Origin: Mobula hypostoma
Taxonomy: Eukaryota
Reading direction: 5' to 3'
Assembly (NCBI RefSeq): GCF_963921235.1
Contig: NC_086109.1
Span: 10,728,001-10,792,000, forward strand
DNA length: 64,000 bases
Of the stretch, positions 1 to 12,569 are shown piece by piece. The notes under the pieces were generated by a model. It was not told where the DNA came from, did no database searches, and saw only the letters and a list, made by a program, of their open reading frames with translations. The translations under genes and the position numbers were made by a program. Each line of letters opens with the position of its first letter. Position 1 is the stretch's first letter.

Positions 1-369
1 GAGAACTGTCGTCAAGTTGTTTTTTTAACTGCTTTGCTGATTTTTTTATGGTTTTCTTGGCCAGGTTAATAAATAACAGAGCAGTATGAAACGGCCATTG
101 TATGCCAACTCCACAGGTTTGAATACTTCAATAATAAATTACGTAGTATTTCGCGTACCAAGGCAGAAAACTAATGTATTGGTTACACTGGATGGGCGCC
201 AAGGAGAACCTCCGGGTTTATTCGGGGCGAAATTGTGTTCCGGCTGTTTTTTTGTGTGTCATTTCTGACACGGGCATTGTTCCCATTCCTGATCACCATC
301 TAGTGGGATTGTATGCTAAAAACCTTGCTCCCCTTTCTGTTCCCATCTCCTCTATTCCGTTCACTTGTC

Positions 370-720
370 ATTAATTCCTGCCATCCGTCCAACGATCTCT
401 TTAACACCCTACCACCAGGAGGGAGATACGGTACTCTAGGACCAGAACTGTTGGGTTGGAAAAGGGCTGCTCCCTCCAGCCTGGGAGACGACTGAACTCC
501 CTGCCACCACCCACGTCTCTTCATTAATGAAGCGTTCTTCTATATACTTTTTAACTTGTGTCTTAAGTGCATCTTGTTACTTGTTAGTTTATTTGTGGTA
601 GTATTATCCTAAAGAGTTGCATGTGAGCTATATCTACTGTGTTGTGCACCTCAGTCGGGAGGAACATTTCATTTGGGCGGTATACATCTGTACCGTTGAA
701 TGACAATAAACTTGAACTTT
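370..720 (+). mobile_element. Rex1/Babar-type LINE 3' fragment, degenerate
   Basis: Encodes HPSNDLFNTLPPGGRY, resembling the HP..LF..LPSGRRYR C-terminal motif seen in many copies here; ends in tgacaataaacttgaac tail. Confidence 0.55.
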
Positions 721-1044
721 TTGAAAACTACCTTGAGGTATTTATCTCTGGCAGGGTCTGCCTGGATGGTATGCAGAACTAAAACTTTCCATTGTATCTA
801 GATGTTTGTGTCAATAATTAACTGATACCTGTACTCTTGTCCTAGATCCTCTGTCCCATCGACAATTGCTGTGTTACTGACACAGGTAAAGGATCGTACC
901 AAAAAGTTCACTCAGAACCGAATTTGTCCAAACACTGACTTAGATACGGTGAGATTTGTTGTTTTGCAGCAACAGTACAGGGAAGCATATTCAATCACCG
1001 TAAATTACGTGAATAAATAGTGTCAAAGAAAGGAATAATAAATC

Positions 1045-1800
1045 AGAGTCAGGTTTAATACACCGGCATGTGTTGTGAAATTTGTTGTCTTTGCGGCAGA
1101 AGTACAATGCAATACATAATAGAGGTAAAAAAAAATGAATTACAGTAACAGTATATATATATATATACACAAATGTTTGTATATGTATATATTAAATAGT
1201 TAAATAAGTGGTGCAAAAATAAAAATTTAAGGAAGTAGTGTGGTAGTGTTAAAAGGTTCACTGTGTCTTCAGAATTCTGGCAGAGATGAAGAAGCTATTC
1301 CCGAATCGTTGAGTGTGTGCCTTCAGGCTCCTGTATCTCCTCCCTGATGGTAGCAATGAGAAGAGGGCATGTCCTGGGAGATGGGGGTCCTTATTGATGG
1401 ATGCCGCCTTTCTGAGGCATCGCTCCTTGACAATGTCCTGGATGCTTCGGAGCCTGGTGCCCATGATGGGAGCTGACTGAGTTTACAACTCTCTGCAGCT
1501 TATTTCGATTCTGTGCAGTAGCCGCCCCCTCATACCAGACGTTAATGCAGTCAATTAGGATGCTCTCCACATTACATCTGAAGAAATTTGAAGTGGTGTT
1601 CATGGATACTATTGAATGGAATAGTGTTATATTTATGATGGAAAGCTGATGGCAGAGGGGGAGAAACTGTTCCTGGATGTGTGGGTCTTCAGGCTCCTGT
1701 GCCTTCTCCTCATTGATGGCGACGAGGAGGGGCATGTCGTGGACGGTGAGAGTCCTCAATAATGAACGCCGCCCTCTTGAACATGTCCTCGGTGGTGGGG
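1045..1800 (-). mobile_element. Rex1/Babar-type LINE 3' fragments
   Basis: Minus-strand peptides ESILIDCINVWY...KLQRVVNS and HLPGHALFSLLPSGRRYRSLKAHTQRFGNSFF, broken by frameshifts. Confidence 0.75.
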
Positions 1801-2358
1801 AGGTTCCTGCTGAAGAACTGTGTCCCACTGCAGGTCAGTGCTTCAGAGGGGTTTGGAAAATGGAAAAGAGGACCTGTATTTAGAAAGAATCTTTCACAAT
1901 TTTGCTAATCCATAGAATTTCACAGTAGTTCTGAATGTAATAACTGTTGTACTGTAGGAAATATAGCAGCTAATTGTTCAAAATCTACACGAACAAGACA
2001 GACAGGTATGCTTTTTTAGAGATACTAATTTATATGTTGGTTGGAAGAAGACGGAGGAGAGGGATTAAGGAGGCAGTGCACTGTGAGACTTTACGTTGCT
2101 CAGATAACAGAGGGTTACAGCTTGCAGTGAGGTAATTGTCCAGAATGTCTGTGTTGGATCCATGAGCAAACTATAATAAATTCCATTTTGTTGCTCGCAC
2201 TACAATGTTCCGATATTTATTTAGTTCTCTTTTAGAATGCAAAATATTGTAGCACAGCACAGGTCGTTCGGCCCACTATGTTGTGCTGGTCCTTTAACCT
2301 GCTCTAAGATCAATACAACCCTTCAATCTCGCATAGCCTTTCATTTTTCTATCATTTG

Positions 2359-2848
2359 CAGTACTGTGCAAACATCTTATGTATGAAAACTAGGCTGCCT
2401 AAGACTTGCACAGTACTGTATTTATCAACATGGAGTGGAGAGCGAGTTTGTAAGTGCGGCGGGAGCAGAGGATGCTGGGGAATCACTGCGGGTGGGGTGC
2501 GGGATGGGCGGTAGAGAAGGAATACCGGGAAGGTGGGGTGAAGCGGGTGTAGACACCTGAGACATCGGGCAAGGTCATTTGATTCCAAGCTATTGGTTTA
2601 TTGATCATTATGGAATGTGCTTCCTGCTCCCTTCCCCTTTTCCCAACCATGATTCCTCTCTCCCTGCCCCCTCCCCACTCTCTGTCCACAATAGAGACCC
2701 GCATCAGAATCAGGTTTATCTTCAGTTACATGTCATGATTTATTTTGTGGCTGCAGTACAGTGCAGGGCATAAAATTACTACAGTACCGTGCAAAAGTTA
2801 TAGGCACCCCAGCTATATGTATGTGCCTAAGACTTTCGCATGATGCTA
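2359..2848. mobile_element. Composite Tc1-like MITE with palindromic mini-MITE ends (copy 1)
   Basis: Hairpin 2359-2418 (cagtactgtgcaa...ttgcacagtactg) and hairpin 2782-2848 flank ~360 bp that recurs inverted at ~24676-25410. Confidence 0.65.
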
Positions 2849-3388
2849 TATGCCTGTCTGTCTCTTAAAAGTACGTAATGTATCTTCTTCGACCACCCCT
2901 CCTGGCAGGGTAGTCTATGTACTCACAGTCTGTGTAAGAGAAAACTTACCTCTAACGGCTGGGAGACCATTTTGCTGAACACCTACGCTCTGTCTGCCAG
3001 AGAAAGCAAGATCTCCCAGTGGCCACACATTTTAATTCCACGTCCCATTCCCATTCTGACACGTCTATCCACGGCCTGCTCTACTGTCAAGATGAAGCCA
3101 CACTCTGGTTGGAAGAACAACACCTTATATTCCGTGTGGGTAGCCTCCAACCTGATGGCATGAACATGGATTTCTCTAACTTCTGTTAATGCCCCTCCTC
3201 CCCTTCTTACCCCACCCCTAATTTATTTATTTATTTATCTATCTATCTATTTATTTATCCCTCCCTCCCCCCCCCTTTTTTCCTCTCTTTTTTCTCCCTC
3301 TGTCCCTCTCACTATAACTCCTTCCTTGCTGTCCATCCTCTGGGCTCCCCTCCCCCTTTCTTTCTCTTTAGGCCTCATGTCCCATGAT

Positions 3389-3565
3389 ACTTTATACTTT
3401 ATTGTCGCCAAACAATTGGTACTAGAACGTACAATCATCACAGCGATATTTGATTCTGCACTTCCCACTCCCTGGATTACAAATATTAAATATTAAAAAT
3501 AGTTAAAATGAGTAAATATTAAAAATTTAAATTATGAATCATAAATAGGAAATAGAAAAATGGGA
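3389..3565 (-). mobile_element. LINE 3' tail inserted in the PLE; second copy at ~34632-34765
   Basis: actttattgtcgccaaa...gaacgtacaatcatcacagcgatatttgattctgc is shared by both loci; minus-strand aataaagt(ataaagt) tail; it splits the PLE motif cccatgat|cctctc. Confidence 0.7.
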
Positions 3566-3713
3566 ATCCTCTCCCTTCTCCAGTTTTGTATCCCTTTTGC
3601 CAATCAACTGTCCAGGTCTTGGCTCCATCCCTTCCCTTCCTGTCTTCTCTTATCATTTCAGATCTCTCCCTCCCCCTCCCACTTTCAAATCTCTTAGTAG
3701 CTTTTCTTTCAGT

Positions 3714-3751
3714 TAGTCCTGACGAAGGGTCTCGGCCCGAAACGTCGACTG
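3714..3751 (+). ncRNA. Minimal type I hammerhead ribozyme (PLE pseudo-LTR)
   Basis: tagtc-CTGACGA-a-gggt(ctcg)gccc-GAAA-cGTC-gactg: stem I, catalytic core, stem II, palindromic ACGT in place of stem III, GUC cleavage triplet. Confidence 0.8.
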
Positions 3752-4031
3752 TACCTCTTCCTAGAGGTGCTGCCTGGCCTGCTGCATTCACCAGCATTTT
3801 TAGTGTATGTTACCTCTGACATCTTTTTTACCAATCACCTTAAAATTGTATCCCCTCATATTAGCCATTTCGGCACTGAGAACAAGTCTCTGGCTGTCGA
3901 CTCGATCTATGCCTCTTATTCTGCACACCTCTCGTTCTTCCTTTGAGAATTATTATTGTTGATAGAAGTTTATAAGTTAGTGAGGAACGGTTAGAGTATA
4001 CAGCGGGCATCTTTTTCCCAGGGTTGAAATG

Positions 4032-4260
4032 GGTGCCTCGGTAGTGTAGCAGTTAGCGTGTTGCTATTACAGTCGGGGGTGCGCCAGAGTTTGGAGTTTG
4101 GTCCTCCGGTTTCCCCCCCACAGTCCAAAGATGTAATGGGTAGGTTCATTGGTCATTGTAAATTGTCCCATGATTAGGGTAGGGTTAATCTAGTTTATCA
4201 GGGGTTGTTGGGATGGCGTGAATGGCCTACTCTGTGCTATATCATGAAATAAATAAAAAT
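4032..4260 (+). mobile_element. tRNA-derived V-SINE (HE1-like), degenerate
   Basis: Box A-like gtagtgtagcagttagc, partial V-domain ccggtttcc...cacagtccaaaga, (aaat)n tail. Confidence 0.7.
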
Positions 4261-4705
4261 ATAAACTTTAATTAAATGTCTAGTAGTGGAGGCATTGAAG
4301 ACAAAAGGGGATAAGTTTCAAGCGAGGTGTGCGGGGCTGAGTGAGTGGTGCATCCCTGGAGTGGAGGCAGATACGTTACTAGAGATTAAGAGGCTGTTCG
4401 ATAGTCAAATGAATATGCTGAGAATGGAGGGAGATGGGCATTGTGTTGGCAGAAGGGATTAGTTAGGCCTTTAAATAAAGTACACCAGTGCTTCTACTTC
4501 CTAACGAAATTTGACATGTCCCTTTGACCCTCGCCAGTGTTTATCTGCGCACTTTTGGAAAGCATCCTATCCGGATGTATCGCCGCTTGGTGCGGCGACT
4601 GCTCTGCCCAAGACAGTCAGAAACTGTAGGTCAACACAGATCAGCACATCACCGAAACGAGGCTCCTCTTCATCGACTCTGCCTTTACCTCGCTGCCAGC
4701 ATAAT

Positions 4706-4936
4706 CATATAACCATATAACAATTACAGCACGGAAACAGGCCATCTCAGCCCTTCTAGTCCGTGCTGAACTCTTACTCTCACCTAGTCCCACTGACCTG
4801 CACTCAGTGCATAACCCTCCATTCCTTTCCTGTCCATATAGCTATCCAATTTAACTTTAAATGACAACATCGAACCTGCCTCAACCACTTCTGCTTTAAG
4901 CTCGTTCCACACAGCTACCACTCTCTGAGGGAAGAA
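4706..4936 (-). mobile_element. CR1 LINE 3' end
   Basis: FFPQRVVAVWNEL...FKVKLDSYMDRKGMEGY; same subfamily as 37283-37932. Confidence 0.85.
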
Positions 4937-5548
4937 GACCGCACCCAAACCAGACATTGTCTCATCTTCGATTCCCACCCCCCCCCACATTGGGCAAAAG
5001 ATTCATAAGTCTGAAAGCAAATACCACCAGGCTAAGGGACAGCTTCTTCCTCTCTGTTATAAGACAATTGAATGGTGCCCTACTACTGCACTTTCTCTGT
5101 AACTGTTACACTTTATTTTGCTTTCTCTTTTTGTTTTTGCTTGTCCTACCTCAAATAAAATGATCTGTATAGATGGTATGCGAAACCGAAGTAATTACAA
5201 AGAGTAGTGGATACGGCCCAGCCCATCACAGGTAAAGCCCTCCTCATCGCTGAGCACATTGACACCGAGCGTTGTCGCAGAAAAGCAGCATTCATCATCA
5301 GGGACCCCCCACCATACAGGACATGTTCTCTTATCACTGCTGCCATCAGAAAGAAGGTAGAAGAGACTCGGGACCCACACCACCAGGTTCAGGAACGGTT
5401 ATTATCCGTCAGCCATCAGGCTCTTGAACCAGAGGGGATGACTTCACTTCACTCGCCCCATTACTAAAATGTTCCCTCAAACTATGGCAACATACATCAA
5501 AGTTGCTGGTGAACGCAGCAGGCCAAGCAGCATCTATAGGAAGAGGCG

Positions 5549-5586
5549 CAGTCGACGTTTCAGGCCGAGACCCTTCGTCAGGACTA
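5549..5586 (-). ncRNA. Minimal type I hammerhead ribozyme
   Basis: Reverse complement is tagtc-ctgacga-agggtctcggcct-gaaa-cgtc-gactg. Confidence 0.8.
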
Positions 5587-6552
5587 ACTGAAGGAAGAGT
5601 GAGTAAGGGATTTGAAAGCTGGAGGGGGAGGGGGAGATGCAAAATGATAGGAGAAGACAGGAGGGGGAGGGATAGAGCCGAGAGCTGGACAGGTGATAGG
5701 CAAAAGGGGATACGAGAGGATCATGGGACAGGAGGCCTAGGGAGAAAGACGGGGGGGGGGTGACCCAGAGGATGGGCAAGAGGTATATTCAGAGGGACAG
5801 AGGGAGAAAAAGGAGAGTGAGAGAAAGAATGTGTTCATAAAAATGAGTAACAGCTGGGGTACGAGGGGGAGGTGGGGCCTAGCGGAAGTTAGAGAAGTCA
5901 ATGTTCATGCCATCAGGTTGGAGGCTACCCAGACGGAATATAAGGTGTTGTTCCTCCAACCTGAGTGTGGCTTCATCTTTACAGTAGAGGAGGCCGTGGA
6001 TAGACATGTCAGAATGGGAATGGGATGTGGAATTAAAATGTGTGGCCACTGGGAGATCCTGCTTTCTCTGGCGGACAGAAGGATCTCCCAGTGGCCACAC
6101 ATTTTAATTCCACATCCCATTCCCATTCTGACATGTCTATCCACGGCCTCCTCTACTGTAAAGATGAAGCCACACTCAGGTTGGAGGAACAACACCTTAT
6201 ATTCTGTCTGGGTAGCCTCCAACCTGATGGCATGAACATTGACTTCTCTAACTTCCGCTAGGCCCCACCTCCCCCTCGTACCCCAGCTGTTACTCATTTT
6301 TATGCACACATTCTTTCTCTCACTCTCCTTTTTCTCCCTCTGTCACTCTGAATATACCTCTTGCCCATCCTCTGGGTCACCCCCCCCCGTCTTTCTCCCT
6401 AGGCCTCCTGTCCCATGATCCTCTCGTATCCCCTTTTGCCTATCACCTGTCCAGCTCTCGGCTCTATCCCTCCCCCTCCTGTCTTCTCCTATCATTTTGC
6501 ATCTCCCCCTCCCCCTCCAGCTTTCAAATCCCTTACTCACTCTTCCTTCAGT

Positions 6553-6590
6553 TAGTCCTGACGAAGGGTCTCGGCCTGAAACGTCGACTG
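6553..6590 (+). ncRNA. Minimal type I hammerhead ribozyme
   Basis: tagtc-ctgacga-agggtctcggcct-gaaa-cgtc-gactg. Confidence 0.8.
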
Positions 6591-7310
6591 CGCCTCTTCC
6601 TATAGATGCTGCTTGGCCTGCTGCGTTCACCAGCAACTTTGATGTATGTTGCTTGAATTTCCAGCATCTGCAGAATTCCTGTTGTTTGCCCTCAAACTAT
6701 GGACTCACTTTCTGGACTCTTCACCTCATGTTCTCTTTCATTATGGATTATTTATCTATTATTATGATTTATTTATTTTTGTATTTGCGCAGTCTGTTGT
6801 CTTTTGCAACACTGGTTGAATGCCCAACTTGGTGCGATTTTAATTGATTCTATTCCAGTTATTATTATAGAACATAGAATAGTACAGTACAATACAGGCC
6901 TTTCTGCCCACAATGTTGTGTCGACCCTCAAACCCTGCCTCCCATACAAGCCCCCACCTTAAATTCCTCCGTATATTATATTCTCAATTTATTGAGTATG
7001 CCCATTAGAAAATGAATCTCAAGATTGTATATGGTGACATATATCTACTTTGATAATAAATTTACCTTGAACTGTGAACTTTAAGATATTTTCATTATGT
7101 TTCAAAGTAAATTTGGCACAGGCCCCTTTGAAAGTGTTAAAAAGTGTTCTCAACTCCTTTATATCATTTTATCTTTGGTGCAACTTTAGTGAAAATCCCT
7201 TGTATCCATTCCAAGATTCTGACATCCTTCCAAAGGTGTAGTGCCCAGAACTGGTCTCAAAACTCCAACTGTGGACTAACTGCTAATCAAGGAATGCATT
7301 GTATAATATA

Positions 7311-7844
7311 CACTGTGTATCTCCTGTACCTAACAGTGGCAACTGAGTGTGTGTCTGTGGTCTTCTGCTGCTGTAGCCCATCCACTTCAAAGTTCAACAT
7401 GTTGTGCATTCAGAGATGCTCTTCTGCACACCATTGTTGTAACATGTGGTTATTTGAGTTACTGTCAACTTCCTATCAACTTGAGCCAGTCTGGCCAATC
7501 TCTTCTGACTTCTCTCACTAATGAATCATTTTTGCCCACAAAACTGCTATTCACTGGAGGTTTTTTTATTTTTTTGCACCATTCTCTGTAAACTCCAAAC
7601 TATTGTGCATCAAAATCCCAGGAGATCAGTGGTTTCTGAGATACTCAAAGCACCCCATCTGACACCAACACAATACCATGTTCAAAGTCACTTAGATAAA
7701 ATTCCTTCCCCATTCTGATATTTGGTCTGAACAACCACTTGACCATATCTGCATGCTATTATGCATTGAATTGCTGCCACATGATTGACTGAGTAGATAT
7801 TTGCATTAACAAGCAGGTGTACCTAATAAAATGGCCACTGAGTA
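7311..7844 (-). mobile_element. Non-autonomous Tc1-like DNA transposon (deletion derivative)
   Basis: Right TIR caggtgtacctaataaaatggccactgag; body homologous to 45474-46152, which retains a Tc1 N-terminal HTH. Confidence 0.75.
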
Positions 7845-8109
7845 TATGGAAGTGTTATGGTTTTGCTTCTTGGAATAGATACAGATGGCGTTCACTAAAA
7901 TTGTATCAAAACTCTGCACAAAGAAATTCAAAGAAAGTAGCTTGTTCCAACAGTTCAGAAGGTTAAAGAATGCTTTATCACATTCAAAGGGGATGTGCTA
8001 AGTTTACTTCGAAAATTAATTGAAACTTCTTAGATTGACAGAGTTAATAAAGCAAGACAATCTATTACCACTGGTCAGGGTGTGAGTAATGTACAAAGGG
8101 TTATACCTT

Positions 8110-8470
8110 TACTTGCGTGCTTTCTAGCTTCGATCTCATATCTGTATGTTTTTGCTTTTAAGCAGTTGTCTTGACTTGCTATGCCACCTACAAAGATTTC
8201 AATGCATGCCTTCCTTTTGTCTTATTCCCCAGATGTTCCCCACGAAAACGTGCCCTCACTGGTCCCTTCCACTGTTTTCTTCCCTGCGGTGCTTGCCAAA
8301 TATTGCTCAACAACCTCAGCGATTCCTTCTCCCTCCTTAAGCATAATGCTCCTCTATTCCCAATCCGTGATTTTTATTGCTATTTTCCAGAAATGATTAT
8401 TCCTGCAGCTCTTGCATCTTTCTGCAATTTGGCTGCAAACTTCTCCGACCATTCACTTCTTGCAATTTAT
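8110..8470 (-). mobile_element. Very old CR1 endonuclease-domain remnant (tentative)
   Basis: Fragmented minus-strand peptides GEVCSQIAERCKS, ITDWE and GEHLGN in the order expected for a CR1 APE domain. Confidence 0.4.
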
Positions 8471-8717
8471 TGATCAGAAGCTCTCACCCAGCAGCCTGAT
8501 AGTTTGGCTGTCGTCCACATTTCCAACCACGCACCCTGCCTTTGAAGCTTAAAGGTGCAGGTCCTCCGCAGCCTTGCAAATGGCCAGCTTGTGTACAGTG
8601 AGTGGGAGACCAGCGGAAATCGTTTTTAGATTTAATTGTGTATAATTTGAGTTTTTCTTCAAAGTCAATTGGCCTGCTTCTGTATTGCATGTCTTCAGCC
8701 ATCAGAAATCTGGCAGG

Positions 8718-8842
8718 AGTCCTGATGAAGGGTCTCATCCTGAAATGTCGACTGTTTGTTCCTTTCCATGGATGCTGCCTGACCTGTTGAGTTCCTCCAG
8801 CATGTTGTGTGTTTTACTCTGGATTTCCAGCATCTGCAGAAT
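8718..8842 (+). mobile_element. PLE pseudo-LTR fragment with hammerhead motif (8718-8754)
   Basis: agtc-ctgatga-agggtctcatcct-gaaa-tgtc-gact followed by gatgctgcctgacctg...ccagcatctgcag. Confidence 0.75.
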
Positions 8843-9989
8843 CTGAGTTAACCATTCAGACCATGGCTACTGTGCTAACTCTCTCAAGTTGAACTTTCCT
8901 AACCTAATCTCATTATCCTGCTCCACCCCCCCCCACCCCAGCTGGGTTCAAAGCTTTAATCAGATTTCTGAAAGCAATGATACAGAAACAGACAGTTTGC
9001 CTCACAATGTCCCTGCTGATCTTCAAGTACCACTTGCTCAGCACTTGGCCCGTAGCCAAAGTCGGGTTTATTGTTACATGCAGGAGTGCAGTGAGAAACT
9101 TGCTTGCAGCCGCATCACAAGCACGTAACATAGCGCTGTCGCAGGAAAGCAGCATCCATCATCAAGGACCCCCGCCAACCAGGCCGTGCTCTCTTCTCGC
9201 TGCTGCCACCAGGAAGGTGGTACAGGAGCCTCAGGACCCACACTACCAGGTCCATGAACAGTTATCACCCCTCAGCCATCAGGCTCTTGAACCAGAGGGG
9301 ATAACTTCACTTGCCCCATCTCTGAATGGTCCCCACAACCTATGGACACTTTCAAGGACTCTTCATTTCACGTTCTCAATATTTATTGCTTATTTACTTA
9401 TTATTATTATTATTTCTGTTTTATTTCCTTTTGTATTTGCACATCGGTTGTTTAACTGTCCTGTTGGGTGTGGTCTTGTATTGATTCTATTATGTTTCTT
9501 GGATTTACTGAGTACGTTCGCAAGAAAATGAATCCCCGGGTTATATGGTCAAGGGTGACATATATGTACTATGATACTAAATTTACTTTTAACTTTGAAC
9601 TTTAATATAAGCAGCATTCAAAGAAAAGTGTAAACAAATTATCCACAATTTTAGCAACAATTAGTACAATTAAAACTACAAAAAGAAATTCCATTTTAAC
9701 GTAACGTGATCAAAGTGGTCGTAGTGTTGCTGAACTGTAGTGATTAGGGTTGTGCTGTGGTTCAGGTACTAAATGGTTGAAGGGAAATGTTGCTCTTGAG
9801 CCTGCTGATTGTGGGACTTCTGGCTTCTGTACCCCCAGCTGATGAAAAGATGGCCTGGTCCAGATCTTTGAAGCAGCATCTTCTGTTGATGATATCGTTG
9901 GTGGGGAGAGATTGTCACCATGATGTATTGGGGCTGAGTCCACTACCTTCTGCAGTTTGTTATGTTCCCACTCATTTGCAGGAATTTGC

Positions 9990-10770
9990 ACAGTAGTGTC
10001 GCGGTTAGCCCGACGCTATTACAGCACGGGACGTTCCGGGTTTGGAGTTCAATTCTGCCGCCGTTCTGTAAGGAGTCTCTGTATGTTCTTCCCGTGGAAT
10101 GCTCGGGTTTTCTCCGGTTTCCTCCCACGGATATACCGGTTAGGCTAATCGCTCATTGTAAATTAGGTTCGGGTTGCTGGGGCGGCGTGGCACGAAGGGC
10201 TGGAAGGGCTGTGCCTCGTGAAATAAGTGACCATGATGCAACTGGTTAGGATACTTTCAACCTAAGGAGTTTGTACGTTCTCCCTGTGACCGCGTGGGTT
10301 TCCTCCGGGTGCTCCAGTTTCCTCCCATGGTTAAAAAAAAACTTGCGGGATGGTAGGTTAATTGGTCACAGGGGTGTAGTTGGACAGCAAGGGCTCATTG
10401 GGCTGGAAGGGCCTGTTACCATGGTGTAACTCTTTAAAAAAAAGTGCATCGGTAGAAGTTTGTTAGAATGTTTGGTGATAAGCTGAACTTATTTATTTAG
10501 GTTCCCAACCAGCGTTCCATGGACTCCTTGCTTCATGGTATTGACCCATGGCATTAAAAAGGTTGGGAACCCTTGATTTAGAGATACAGCGTGAAATAGG
10601 TCCTACTGGCTCTTTGAACCACGCCGCCAGCAACTCCCGGTTTAACTTTAGCCGATTCACAGGGTAACTTACAATGACCAATTAACCTACTAACCTTTGG
10701 ACTGTGGGAGGACACTGGAGCACCTGGAGGAAACCCACAGATTCCACGGGGAGGACGTACTAACTCCTTA
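9990..10770. mobile_element. Cluster of V-SINE fragments (+ at ~9990-10440, - at ~10577-10770)
   Basis: V-domain gtgggtttcctccgggtgctccagtttcctccca and its reverse complement. Confidence 0.75.
10499..10576. mobile_element. ~80-bp hAT-like MITE (left end clipped)
   Basis: ggttcccaacc...ggttgggaacccttg; homologous to 60867-60947. Confidence 0.65.
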
Positions 10771-11854
10771 CAAACCTCCTTAACCTCCGTTGGATCCTGA
10801 TGGTCTTGTGATCCAAAGGGTCTTCAGCAGTCAAGAAATGAGGATTAAATTTATTCCTTATGATTGTGTTGTTCAGAGTTACAAGAGCCAAGAAAAACAA
10901 GAAGTGGAAGAGTTGAGAGAACAAAGAAATGATAACAAGATTCCAGTAGCAACAATTAACCACTAAATTAGCCAGATTCAAGTAGCGTGACACTAGTCTC
11001 TATCTAGAAGTTAAGAAGTTTCCAGAAAAGTACAGTACCATAATTACTGGAAAATTTACTGAACAATTACATGTATATAGGTGATTATATAGAATTACAA
11101 GCATAAGAATGTTAAACTACAAGAAAAATAAAATTCTATACCCTAATCCAACACCTCAAAGTTCGAAGAAAAAATAAAAATATAATTGTAATAATATTGA
11201 ATGACTAATATATGTGAATAATACTGAGAACATACAATAAGTTATAGAAGAATTGAAAGTGAGCCCATAATTTGTGGAATGAGTTTAGAGTTGAGGAGAG
11301 TAGAGTTACCACACTGGTTCAGGAGCCTGATGGTCGTTGGGTAATACTACCCTGAGATTCAATTTCTTGTGGGCATTCAGAGTAGAACAAAGAAATATGA
11401 TAGAATCAATGAAAAACTGCACACTAAGACTGGCAGTCAGCCACTGTGCAAAAGAAGACTACTGCAAATAGAAAGAAATATATATAAAAAAACAAACATC
11501 CAGATAGCAGAGACCCTGCCATCATCAACCGTGCTTTGCGTATGAGTATAACCAGCCAAGAATCAGTCGGACCAGGATGCTCTTTTGAATAAGCGACAAA
11601 TTTACGATGACAGATGCAATATCCTTAATGTTCTAAGTGGTTTATGCTCTTCTCTTCATCAATTAAATATATTGTACTAGCTGTCAGATCTGCTTCAGAG
11701 CACATCACTCATAATGTTTGGGCAAGTGTCCTCTCTAATTGTTTCCTAAGTTATCAGAAATGTCTGTTGGCGTTGGAAGTTGTGCATGGAATACATAGTA
11801 GAAGTCTTCTGTGTGAGGAAAGTTTTCTTCAGGGTGCTTTGGAGTCTCCTTTTA

Positions 11855-12500
11855 GTGATTATATTATAGTGTGTCCTTAGATTATATTATAGTATGTTCA
11901 TAGATTATACCATAGTGTATCCATACATTATACTGCAGTGTATCCATATATTGTACTAACCCTAGCTATGGGTAAATAGGCCCACTGCCTTGTAGGCAGC
12001 CTCGGGAGAGACAAAGGCTACGGGAGTAAACCCAGAAGGCAAATCCAGCGTGGAGCCCCTGTGGCGGCTGGACATCATTGAACAACCTTCCAGCAGCTCC
12101 TGCAGCCAAGCTGGTGCCAAGCATACTGCTTCATGAGCTTTCCTTTGGACTACACTGGTGAGGCCGAGAGGGAGATCTTGACGACTGGGCATCTCAGGAT
12201 CTCCATACCTTCTGCCCAGGCTTGTGATGATGATCATCATCACCCATTGTCCTTCGAGACAGACGGATGCCAACCACCACATTATACTATAATGTATCCA
12301 TACATTATACTATAGTGTATCCATACAATATACTATAGTGTATCCATACAATATACTATAGTGTATCCATACATTATACTATAATGTATCCATACAATAT
12401 ACTATAATGTATCCATACATTATACCATAGTGTATCCATACATTATTCTATAGTGTGTCCATACATTATATTATGGTGTGTCCATAGATTGTTCTATAGT
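11855..12500. repeat. 23-bp minisatellite (tatccatacattatactatagtg), split by an insertion at 11959-12279
   Basis: About 4 degenerate units left and about 9-10 units right of the insertion. Confidence 0.9.
11959..12279 (+). mobile_element. Non-autonomous RTE-derived retroelement
   Basis: Interrupts the minisatellite; RTE-like 5'UTR motif ggagtaaacccagaaggcaaatcc and 3' end cgagacagacggatgcc(aac/cac)n. Family recognised from memory. Confidence 0.6.
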
Positions 12501-12569
12501 GTGCAGATTGTAACTTAAAACCACCAACACACCAAAGGGAAGGATATAGAATCAAGGAGTCAGCACACG

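Larger units (their letters stand above)
2957..3809 (+). mobile_element. Penelope-like element, 5'-truncated: GIY-YIG endonuclease C-terminus plus pseudo-LTR
   Basis: 2956-3189 reads RLGDHFAEHLRSVCQRKQDLPVATHFNSTSHSHSD...EEQHLIFRVGSLQPDGMN. TSD ttacctctaac (2946-2956) / ttacctctgac (3810-3820) inside a minus-strand CR1 remnant. Confidence 0.85.
5488..6688. mobile_element. Young PLE insertion in inverted (fold-back) arrangement
   Basis: Arms 5487-6059 and 6081-6652 are near-perfect reverse complements, each with the GIY-YIG C-terminus and pseudo-LTR; 36-nt tail 6653-6688; perfect 14-bp TSD ccctcaaactatgg (5474-5487 / 6689-6702). Confidence 0.92.
5200..7075 (+). mobile_element. Rex1-type LINE 3' fragment, interrupted by the PLE (5488-6688) and a short CR1 tail (~6866-6975, minus)
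   Basis: Sequence resumes after the TSD ccctcaaactatgg; ends gataataaatttaccttgaac. Confidence 0.7.
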
